A stretch of DNA of 64,000 nt from Takakia lepidozioides (Eukaryota; Plantae; Bryophyta): the NCBI GenBank assembly GCA_030704615.1, contig CM060734.1:18166001-18230000 (forward strand), written 5' to 3'. Below are positions 25,895 through 36,463 of the stretch, in pieces. A program made the translations under genes and the position numbers. The notes below the pieces were generated by a model. The model had not been told where the DNA came from, searched no databases, and saw only the letters and a list, made by a program, of their open reading frames with translations. How positions within the stretch are numbered: the stretch's first letter is position 1; each line of letters starts with the position of its first letter.

Positions 25895-26063
25895 GTAATG
25901 GGCACATACCACGTTGGATGTGGTTGTGGGTTCAAACCACAGTCTGGTGTGTCATGAAGGTGTCCACCTTTCAGCTGGAAGGCAGTAGCCCTTGTGGTGA
26001 AGAGACACCATAAGTTACGTTCCCTTCAAGAGGCATCATACCTTTTTTTTTTTTTTTTTTAAG
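25895..26063 (+). mobile_element. tRNA-derived SINE, 5'-truncated, poly(T) tail
   Basis: B box GGTTCAAACC, T18 tail, TSD AGTATTGGCAAGT (25884-25896 / 26064-26076). Homologous to 28090-28262. Confidence 0.85.
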
Positions 26064-26929
26064 AGTATTGGCAAGTGCTCTAGAGGGAGGGTTGAAAAGT
26101 TTGTATTTAGCATGCAGGTTAACGAGTGCACTAGATGTTTTGGGGTAATGTTCCGTGATTGCCTAGTCAGATGGGTCAGTAGCGTTGTGATGATATAATA
26201 GGGTGTGATGGAGATACATTTTTGCTGCATGTTAAGACTGCGTGGGGGCATGTTTGAGTTGTAGCCTAGGCATGGCGCTGGTGGCCACTTTTTGATTTTT
26301 GTAAGTGGGTAATAAGCAATAAGGGAGTGTAGTCAAAGATAGTGAGCCCGGGTGCATAGATTGGCTTATGGAACAGTAGCTAGTATAACTTGATCCATTA
26401 GCGCCGTGATGAGTTGCTGGGATGAGGACAACATGGATGTGGGTATAGGGCTATAGGCACTGAGATACGAATTTAGAAGTGATTCTGTAACGACTTTTTG
26501 TGTGGAGGCTCCTGCATTCTTTAATATAAAGTTGTTTAGAAGTATTTTTGCTTTTTAGAGGGGGGTTTTGTGAATGAGGCCTTATTATGCTAAGGCAATT
26601 GGGCTGTGGGCCAACGTAAGTGATTTTTTCCTGATAAATAATGAACTGTGTGCATAAGTGTGGGGGTCGTGATGATTTTGAAGAGGTACTGCTTGCTTGC
26701 AAGATTGTAGATTGCAAGGATGTAAGATTGCTACTGGCATCAATGTCTCTGTAATATAGGGGGTTACATAGTGCTTGTAACTGGTAGCGAAGAGTTGGTC
26801 CATTTTTTTGGTGTCTACTAGGAGTAAGATCATTAATATGGGTAATGCTGCATATTCTAAACTTGCATTTTATGGGTTGCCTCTGTGTGTTGGATGGCAG
26901 TCCAGGCGTAGATAGCTGGCGATTGGTAG

Positions 26930-27591
26930 CTATAGATGTAGACTGGTAGCCTTGGTGGATGCTTTCATGAGATTGAGGAGATTTTTTTTTATTCTGCAAG
27001 GGGGAGTAATATGTGCTATTGTAATGAGTGCTGATATCGATTGGGGTTAGTATGTCATCAACGGAAACATAGTGCAGATTCAAGACAAAGGAAACAAGAG
27101 GCATTGCACTATAGATCTGGAGTGGTAGCCTTGGTGGATGCTTTCATGAGATTGAGGGGATTTTTTTTTATTCTGCAAGGGGGAGTAATATGTGCTATTG
27201 TAATGAGTGCTGATATCGATTGGGGTTAGTATGTCATCAACTGAAACATAGTGCAGATTCAAGACAAAGGAAACAAGAGGCATTGCACTATAAGATCTGG
27301 AGTGGTAGCCTTGGTGGATGCTTTCATGAGATTGAGGGGAATTTTTTGGATTCTGCAAGGGGAAGTAATATGTGCTATTGTAATGAGTGCTGATATCGAT
27401 TGGGGTTAGTATGTCATCAACTGAAACATAGTGCAGATTCAAGACAAAGGTAAACAAGAGGCATTGCGCTATAGATCTGGAGTGGTAGCCTTGGTGGATG
27501 CTTTCATGAGATTGAGGGGAATTTTTTGGATTCTGCAAGGGGGAGTAATATGTGCTATTGTAATGAGTGATGATATCGATTGGGGTTAGTA
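26930..27591 (+). repeat. ~180-bp tandem repeat, about 3.6 copies
   Basis: Units TGGTAGCCTTGGTGGATGCTTTCATGAG... at 26945, 27123, 27303 and 27483. Confidence 0.95.
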
Positions 27592-28089
27592 CTCCATACA
27601 AGAATTGCAGGCAAAAAATAGAAACCAGATTTTGAAGCGGGCTAGTAGCAAGATTAAAAATGCAACAGTGAGAGGGCAACAGTAAGTTGAGGGGATCTTG
27701 GTTGTAGCTTAGCAAAAGGGAGTAAGTTGAAGAGATGCAACATTGGATGTTGGGTGGGGAGCATACCAGGGGGGGCTGGGCAGAATGGTGCAGAATTGTG
27801 ACGCTAGGAGGTGTCCCAGCTCTTTGGCGAGGTAGGCAGACCATCATAGCATAACAAAATTGCATAGTAGAAGAGGACAAGGAGTGTATGCTGCATCAAA
27901 GTCCTTTGCCTCTGTCGACCATAGCGGGCCTTCATAGAAAGCTGTTCGGTAGTCCAGAAGGCCGAGAAGAATCTGAGGATGATTGTCGGTTGTTTGCTGG
28001 GTTGTTTGCTAGGGGAGATAGAGCGTCACCTAGAGTCCGAAGTCAGAGAAGGTGCTACACTGGAAGTTAGCAAAGCGTTCTCTTTCTCA

Positions 28090-28262
28090 TATATATGACG
28101 CCTCCCGAAGGGAGCATAACTTATGGTGTCACTTGACCCCGAAGGGCTACTGCCTTCCAGCAGGAAGGTGGACACCTTCATGACACACCAGACGGTGGTT
28201 TGAACCCACAACCACATCCAACGTGGTATGTGCCCATTACCACTGGGCTACATACTGGTTGT
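28090..28262 (-). mobile_element. Full-length tRNA-derived SINE with short (AT)n tail
   Basis: Minus strand has A box TAGCCCAGTGG, B box GGTTCAAACC and an ACCAG/CTGGT acceptor-like stem. TSD CGTTCT(C/A)TTTCTCA at 28076-28089 / 28263-28276. Confidence 0.88.
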
Positions 28263-28849
28263 CGTTCTATTTCTCAGTGAGAAAAGCAACATTGTCGAGC
28301 TCTGCAGATGCAGAGATGATTGTTCCGAATGATCGTACCTTTGCCTGCACAAAGACTGACGCGGTTGTATCGTAGCAGAAGTCTGTGGTCAAAACCTTGT
28401 CGTGAACTGTTCCGGTATACTTTCTAGATTTAAAGGAAACCATGAGAGCAGGGGTTCCTCCCATGTCTGATTTGCTTGTATGTGATGCAACAGTAGAAAC
28501 GAGTATGTAGCTTAGTCGAACGTACGCTCGGGAAGAGGGGTCCAGCTCGAGGCAGCATAGCTTGTTGTAGCAGTGGAATCGTGGTCAGAATAGCCGAGAT
28601 GCTAAATAAGAATTGAAAATACACTGAAAGGGGGGGCAATAAAAGGGGGTAACCTAAAAAGTAGTATGTAGTTGGGTATGTGGCAGAGGTGTACTCAAGG
28701 AGGGCGGCGCTCCACCCTCCTTCCACTTGCTCCGCACTCCCGACATTAATGCAAAATTCGAGCTAGCGTAAATATAAGAGCCTCTTCCCCTTGCAGTGGG
28801 TGCTGCCCAATTTTTGGGGTGGGCTTTATTATTAAATAAGCGGCTCGTT

Positions 28850-30540
28850 GCGTAATGACTCTTCTTTATGGTGACTACCTATTAGAGTATGATGACGATG
28901 ATATATGTTGGTAGCAAAGAATATAATTAGGTAATTTAAAAGCAATAAATACAGGTTTATGGTCCGTCCAATATGCTTATGTAATGCTAGATATGCAATG
29001 GTGGTGACGTGCATTTGTCCAAACATGGTCTATTTGAGATCCATAAATAGTAGTACTAATTGGAAATTGGAGTTGCCTGTGAAAAAAAAAAACATGAATT
29101 TTTGCAATTGATTTGTTGTTACGGTATTATTTTGTAAAAGATCTACCTTAAAATCCCCTATTATTATTGTTGGGCATGTATGTGGGATATTATCAATGAG
29201 CTTTTTTAGAGAAGATAAGAAAATCGTAAATTGTAGTGTTGGGCGGGTACACAGTTCAGAGCCGGATATGTACCAGGTATGTCCAGCCCTGACCGCCGGG
29301 CCCATCCATACGTCTTACCCGGCCCAAGACCTGCCTAGGTGGGTTTGGCTCTCCTTGGGCCCACGCCAAGACCTGTATAGGCGGGTTATTGCTCTAGGAG
29401 GCCCGCCAAAAGCCCTGTGTAGGCGGGTTAGAGGTGTGGGAGGGGCGGGACGGGCTTGTGGAGTGTGGAGAACTAGGGCATGTGAAGAGGTGGGCCAAGT
29501 TGGTGACGACTAGTGATAGTTAATGAAATAGGGGGGGAGATCATGAATCGGGTACTTCAGCAATTGATGATTTTCAATGAATGAGGGTGGCCCAAATCTT
29601 TTTAGAGAAGTTGGAGTCATTTAAAAATATATATATTTTAAATAAAGTTCATGACCTGCCCTTACACTCGACCGGCGGGCTTTTGTAACAACAAACCCTT
29701 TTTTATCCATGACCGGCAACGAAAAAATGAGCATAGATTATGCATATCCGATGGACAACAAAATCTTAAAATCCTCATAAGCCTGGGCTCGGCGGGCTTC
29801 TAATGGGTTTTCATATTGACAAGTCCGGCCCGTAGATCATGTTCTTAGTGACATATCCGCCCAACACTGGTTTATAGACCGTAATAATATGAATTATTTT
29901 CCTGGTATTAAAATTAAATATTGCATCTATATATTCAGATTCTTGTTTGGTTTTGTACGAATATCTTTACATGCTCTTTTTAAAAATATTATTGTTTTTT
30001 TCAGTCGACTTCGTAATTTTTATATATATGTGTCCATTTCTAAATTAAATAATCCAATAAATTTGTTGAATGAAATATTTGTATTAACATCCATTTTATT
30101 TAGTGTATCAACTATATCGTTTGCTATCTTTGCATATCATCTTGTATCATTGTCACAGGTTTTGAAAAATTGAAAACATATGGATATTGCTAGACTGAAA
30201 AAAATCCTTTAATAATTAAATATCTAAATTAAGATAAACACCTACATTCATTTACATATAGATATATAACAAATTGAAGAAGGTTTGGAGATTGATAAAA
30301 TATGAGAATTCTTTTATAGAATAAATATATTGATTAATTACAATATTTTTTCAATGATACACAACAATTTCAAGAAAATAACAACAAATCAACAAGAAAA
30401 TGAGTTTATATATAATATAATTGTATTACCTTCTAAAGATTGAAAATATCAATGCGATAAAGACTTAATATATTGAAATTAAATTATTTTAAAAAACAAA
30501 TCTGAATTTGCAACTCAATTGTTTTTTAAAAATTAATTTT
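28850..30540 (-). mobile_element. AT-rich degenerate APE/EEP endonuclease fragment (Helitron/Helentron- or LINE-type)
   Basis: IHIITVYKP (right of the MITE) and PTIIIGDFKVDLL (left of the MITE) are EEP motifs; very AT-rich. Confidence 0.5.
29234..29869. mobile_element. Non-autonomous hAT-like element (MITE)
   Basis: TIRs TAGTGTTGGGCGG / CCGCCCAACACTG. Interrupts the endonuclease relic. No clear 8-bp TSD. Confidence 0.7.
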
Positions 30541-30614
30541 TCATTTGTATATAAATTGATGGATCTAAAGGGACCTGAAGGGATCTGAGATCTGAAAAAA
30601 CTAAAACTACCGTC

Positions 30615-31103
30615 GAGGAAGCGGCTGCTGCCATTGCAGGGGACACATAGGCCCCTGTGCCCCCCATGCTGGAGGCTGTGCCCCCTAGTGCACCCACAGT
30701 GGTCAATGATGGTCCATTATTTCCAGCACTACTGACAAACATCACCCCTTGTTTATTTACCACATGTATACATGCCAAACATGAATAAGCACTGCTTTTA
30801 TCACAAACGTTCCAGCAAATTGAAGCAAAAGCAGCACCATTAATGTTACAACTACAACGGAAAGAGTTTTATCACTCCTTGATCTCTATCTGCTTTACCC
30901 AACTAGGCATGATCTATGGTGGACGGCGACAGCAATCAAGTCTACTGATATAACTCACTCTGTTTCTTGCTTATGTGGAAGATCTTTTGGAGCAAATACA
31001 TTAATCGTCCAACTTACTTCCTCTGCCAGCTGAACGAAACGCCCATAGTCAGATGAACATCTCCCCATAACTCATGTTGATCATCAGGTTGCACTTGTTC
31101 TGT
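30615..31103 (-). pseudogene. TPP2: Tripeptidyl peptidase II gene fragment (two exons)
   Basis: KCNLMINMSYGE..DYGRFVQLAEE, an intron, then VVNKQGVMFVSSAGNNGPSLTTVGALGGTASS..GAYVSPAMAA. This matches the plant TPPII subtilase region. Contains stops and indels; the rest of the gene is not evident. Confidence 0.85.
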
Positions 31104-31935
31104 ATACCCTTCAGCAAGACCCATATTAAATACCTCTTACTCTTATGCATGGTCTAGGTACTTGCTGTCCCTGCCCTAGAGAAACTCTGTGGTGCTGTAC
31201 CATAAATTGGCAAAGACCGGCAGATCTATATGTCGATATATTCAGACTTCAGGAGCCATCCTGCCCTTTAAGTGTCGATTAGTAACTACTGAGCACCATG
31301 ACCGGCTGTAATCATGCAGGAATGATGACACGAAATCATGATGACACAGCTGATACAGTTAACGAATGATGACACAGCTGAATCGATCAGAGGTAGAAAG
31401 AAAGATGCCTGCATGTAATGCTCATGTACCTGCAACTCGTCTGAGCATGGGGTCCGTGGTGGAGATGGTAGAAAGTCAGCTAGTGCATCATGTTCCCACT
31501 ATTTTCGATGGTGTCTTGTGCCACAGATATCTGCAGTTCACCTTCAACTCTGCTAGGGGTCAGCATCTTGCGTCAGTTTCTCATTGAAGCTGTAGAAAAT
31601 TTGACAATGTCCATTCAAAAAGCCACTGAGTAGTATAAAATTACTCTAAACATTAACAGGAAATATATTAGGTCAAGCCCACCTGCTTGGAAACCCAATT
31701 GAGATGTTCTTCCCAGCAGAGATAGGGGGCATCGCGGTCTGGCCGCAGTAGTTCCCACCCATTTTCCCGCAACTGCTTCTCTAACACATTGGCCACCTGT
31801 CACCCTCTAAAATAAAGGCCCATAAGATTGCTAGCAACATAAGTTGTGGTGTTAGTGCAGACACCCCAAGAAACCATACACAAGCAAGCAACATAAACTC
31901 AAACAAGGAAGACAAGGCTTTATTTGTTTACATAC

Positions 31936-33510
31936 TTATTGGTTGAACTCGCATTCCCCAGCCGCCCCTGGTTCTCCCTTAGAATCAATCCAATGGCCAG
32001 GCACCAAAGTGATGACATCACTTTTTCCTATTGCGTTGGAAGCTCGAAGATAAACAGCTGTTGGTAATGGGTTGTCTCTTGGAGCCTGTCCATATCCATG
32101 GAGTAAAAAATATGCTCACCCATACAATGTAGCAGTGAAGTTGCAACGGATTCTGATCACTATTTCCAATTATAATCAAAGGTACACATCACCCCTCTAG
32201 ACTCCACACAAACCCCACAAGATTGTTTTCTTATGGATTGGAGTTGAGATGTGATGGTCCCTTACCCTGGTTCCAAAAATGTGAGAAACTTTAAGAGATT
32301 CAGTCTAAATTGAACCGGCAAACTGCCCCTTAGTCTGGAGACCCCACCCAAGAATAGCTTTGATGGCAATTTTGCTATGCCTATGGCCACCTGCTGCTTA
32401 TCCACACATAATTACCTTTCAGTAAGGAATTTAAAAAAAGGGGTAACTCCAGAGCAAGGAAGGCAGACATAAATGTGGCCACATGGACATAACCCCGGCT
32501 TTAGTCATGGATGCAATAATTAACTGGACAGGCAGGGAACTTGGCCGAAGATAAAAACTAGTTGGGAGAAGGTTGCCAGGTGGCTCTCCTTTGGCAGAGC
32601 GCACTTCGACAGAGGCCCCCACGCCAATTGCCGGGAGCCCTTCAACTGGCTGCACCACCATTCTCACCTGTCAACGGAGTCAACACTGTCAACTTAGAAT
32701 TTATGAGGGCTACAATTTTTCTTAAAGATTGTGATTGCTTCTAGAAAAACTTACTCTTTCTGCCAATCACTCTCAAGTACATACACTAAGCACAATGAGA
32801 CAGAGAAGGAAAAGGCCTGAAGAATTAGACCCTAGCAGCCTTATGATAATAAACCTTGCCATAGCTCGCACGCTGTGTGACATAAATGGGAATGAAGTCA
32901 GAAACAAGACAGACCAACAATAGAACAAAAGAGACTTCAACAAGCAAGGCTATGCAGATCTATTCAGAAGTCGACATTTCCGCCAGATCTATAGCAGTTT
33001 TAAGAACACACCACATCTGAGGGATGCCATCGAAGTTGCATAGTCCAACGTGATCGAATCCCCCATCTGCATCTTTGATCCGCCATTCCCATCTGGCTTT
33101 CTTTAAGGTAGTGTTATATTGTAGGAAGTAGAGAGAGCAGATAGAACAGCAGAAAAAATTGTGAAGGAAAAAAAACTTGCCTGCACAGGTATTTCCTCTT
33201 ATTTTCTTTTTCTGTCTTGATAGAGGAAGAGTAATAAAGCACTTGATCACAAGGAAAGGACAAGGGATCCCAAAGCATATAAGTTCATATAGGGTACATG
33301 ATAAGTGGTCATTGTCTGATGCACAGGCAAGTTCCAAAAGGAAACCAACACATACTTCTAGAAAAATAGGAAAAAATTAAGTGACAACTGACCTCCAAGT
33401 TGGCATGAACAGTGAGTTTAGCAGCACCAATGGAGAAATGCCGTTTTAGAGTCAAAGCAGGGACAGGGAGAAGCTCCAGCAGTGGGCGCAGGACTGCACA
33501 ACCCACCATA
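31936..33510 (-). CDS. Exon-like open frames of an unidentified gene (3' part)
   Basis: Open, AG-preceded segments 31936-32152 (ESVATSLLHCMGEHIFYSHGYGQAPRDNPLPTAVYLRASN...EFNQ*) and ~32495-32666. No family recognised. Confidence 0.3.
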
Positions 33511-33949
33511 GATTTGTCCCCTTCAAATCATCACACCATGCCCTGCCTCGGTGTACCTGCCAGACCCCAGCTAGTATGAGTGGGGAGTGTATATCACCAT
33601 CTCACCCTCTCAATAGACATTGAAGTATACTCACATTTCTTATGAGAAAGCCACTTCACTTCTATATCACCACCCCTCTTGGTTATCCACATAAGTAGAC
33701 TCATATACCATTATCCCCACAAATGTCAACCACGCCCCTTGGCGATCTACAAACCGGAAAGCTGATGGCATGCTCTCTCTCTCTGTGCACACAGACCTAC
33801 CTCGAAGATTATGACTTCAAAATACTGAAGTCTATGCTATTTAACAAAGGTATGCAAGAGGACAGGAAGCTCCAGCAGTGCAGAGGAATGGAGAAAATCT
33901 AACAATTAACCGCCAGGACATCAATCAAAGACGAGTGCATTGGGAAAGT

Positions 33950-35330
33950 CGCGACACCAAACTTCCCAAAGACCGGGCTCAGTACTTTCATGCCTGCATA
34001 TGGAAAAGCTCGGGAGCTCCTGGCATAAGAATCAAAGAGACATTGCAAGTTTTCTTCTGGATCTAATGAGGCGGCCAACCCTCCATCTTCACACCAGTTT
34101 GGAGAGAAATGGGAACCCCATGCCACCGCCACCGAGCATCATCTCCTGGAAAAACACTCAAACGGTTACTCATAACTCCCCTTGCACAAATATTGGTACT
34201 CTAATATCCTACAAAATGTCGTGTGGATAAGCACCTATACTCTTGGAGCAGTGCCATTGGTTTTGAGACTCGACCACCGCAGCGTGCCAATTTCACGACC
34301 AATTGCAAAGAAATCCTGCAGTAGTTTATCATGAATTTTCGGCAACTGCCTCCATTGTCGAGAGGAGATATCAAACTCCCATAAACCTAGAGTACACCGC
34401 TGGTGTCAATCCCAGCTACCAACAAGCGGCCCCGACTTTCCAACAAACATACAACTCTACGTAAGCCATTGGGGATCTGTGTAACCTCCGCCCACACTCC
34501 AGTCCCTAGTGTGTCATAACGAAAGAATCTGTGGTATCCATCTTGAAGTTCACCTTGAACACCGTAGCGAGGAGCATAGGTCATGCTGTACATCACGTTG
34601 CCGCATTTGACAGTAAATGGAGATCCGGAAAGCACAGAAGCTGCAGGAATGTTTTGTGTCTCATTCCACGAGTTGGAGATAGAGTCGTAGGACAAATTTG
34701 TTTAAAACAGTACAACAGCTGACGCTTTCTCGGGAAATTGTAGGCAGTTGAGGCAGTCGTCTGCAACACTTCAAGATTGGGTTGAACACGATGAAGTGGG
34801 AATCCCCGTGACAAATACACCTTGATTCGATGGAAAAGAGACCTCCATCTGCAGAATGTAAAGATGATCAATATGGCACAGCACCTTGACAATGAAACAA
34901 ATGAGGTTTAAGGAATGAGAGGTCCATCTTGTGCAACACGCCCCTTGACGGATCCCAAAACTCCATCACCGAGAGAGAGAAGACTCCGGCCGAAACCGGC
35001 GTAACTAAGAGCCACTTCGCCTCACGGCTACTGCCCCCTTTCGGGAGTGGGCCCTATATACTCCATCACAATAGTATCTAACCGTATGCTATCAGATGCA
35101 GCCAAGCAAAAGAGGAAGAATGGCTCCAATGTTTGATCGAGACCGACTTGGTTGCAAAGATGCATAAACCCCAGAGATGTAGGCAGGGATCGCTGCACAC
35201 CACCCCAGCATGGTGCATGGTGCATGGTACATGGCACATCTTTTCATCTTCCGGAGATGAAAAGAAGAACAAACCCAAGCCCTAGCAATTGGGAAATGCA
35301 AGAGCTCGCTCCACACGCAGTAAAGGGAAG
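33950..35330 (-). pseudogene. F-box/kelch-like protein pseudogene
   Basis: F-box-like N-terminus (MWSELL...RSLPTSLGFMHLC) and kelch-like YDSISNSWNE, FFRYDTLGTGVWAEV...LLESRGRLLVAG. Frameshifted and interrupted by a retro 3'-end fragment at ~34972. Confidence 0.7.
34972..35060 (-). mobile_element. ~90-bp 3'-terminal LINE fragment with (TC)n tail
   Basis: Nearly identical to 56108-56192. Confidence 0.8.
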
Positions 35331-36463
35331 GCTAAGAAATGGCAAGTAATTTTCAGGTCCTCACTTTGGAAGTGCGCAAGTGGCAAGTCAAGGATCTGCC
35401 GTAATAGGCTGTTCTATTGTCTTCCAATAATAACACGGATCGCCCTGGGAGGTTCCCCTGATTGTTCTCGCCAGATTGTATTCTCGCCTTTTTCCTCGTA
35501 TTTTTAATTTGATTAACAGGGCTTCTATCCCCTTTGGTTTTAAGAAAAAAAAAAACACATAATATGCAATTTCATAAATGTTTTACGGAGGAGTGCAGGA
35601 CATGTAATCTGAGGTGAGGTGAACTCATTTAGGGTAGGTGTTATCTGGGAAAGGTGTAACAGGGAGTTGACATTTTTTTACACCAATGGGTAGTCTCCTC
35701 TTTAGGGAGGAGCCAATAAACAAATAACAGTCTCGAGAGAATTTCTCACACTCACAACAAGGGGTCTATGAGGGGCTTTGTCGCAAAGAAGGGGTTGAAG
35801 CAATATCAGAGCCCCATCATCACACTTGGATCAACTCATGCCATAAACTCTTGGGATGCAACTTTTGGTTGTATAGGAGGCCAGACACTACCATCACCGT
35901 GCACATTGTGGTGATAAATAAAGCCTCTCATTTTACAATAATTGGGACGTTATGGCGCACACGCGAGCTTACCGATAGGCCCCGCGCACGGACGTCGGCT
36001 CCCCCCACCCGGACCCCCCGCCCGCCGTGCCCGCTGCTGCCACGGACGTAGCACCCGCGGCCCACCAGCCGCGCCCCCGGTCCGCCGCGGCCAGTCCGCT
36101 GCCCTCCAGTCCGCTTCCCCTCAGACTGCCAGACCGCCAGTCTGCCCGCCAGTCCGCTGTGCAAGCCAGGCCGCTGTGCCAGTCCCCTCACATCCACCCT
36201 ACCAGTCTGCCCGCCAGTCCGCTGCCCCTGAGTCCGCTTTCCTCCAGTCCACTGATGATGCCGCATCTGGACCGTCCGTTCGTAAATGCCATCTGAGCCC
36301 TCTATTTTTAGGGCATGAATTCAAACCTTATCCCTGCCGCCTGCCACTTGCCAGCAGCCGCGAACGTGCGCATTGATGCTCCTTGCATGTTGTCCATCGT
36401 GTCCAGTGTACTGCGGCGCGTTTCTTGCAGGTTCTGAAGCGTGTCCTCTGTACTGTACAGGGC

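Larger units (their letters stand above)
23690..28740 (-). mobile_element. Heavily degenerate non-LTR retrotransposon remnant
   Basis: Strong C/A strand bias like the neighbouring LINE and broken long ORFs (23968-24783, 26451-27104). Possible decayed RT QG-motif near 25430-25470. No clean domain is recognisable. Confidence 0.4.

Noticed and set aside
26451-27880. Long minus-strand ORFs (217 and 266 aa) as genes
   Set aside because: They are largely generated by the in-frame 180-bp tandem repeat.
28180-28260. Functional tRNA gene
   Set aside because: A and B boxes are present but there is no convincing anticodon arm. It has a LINE-like tail, a TSD and a second copy, so it is a SINE.
35928-36376. 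Pro/Arg/Ser-rich ORFs in the MULE TIRs (also 44247-44751)
   Set aside because: These are artefacts of GC-rich subterminal repeats.
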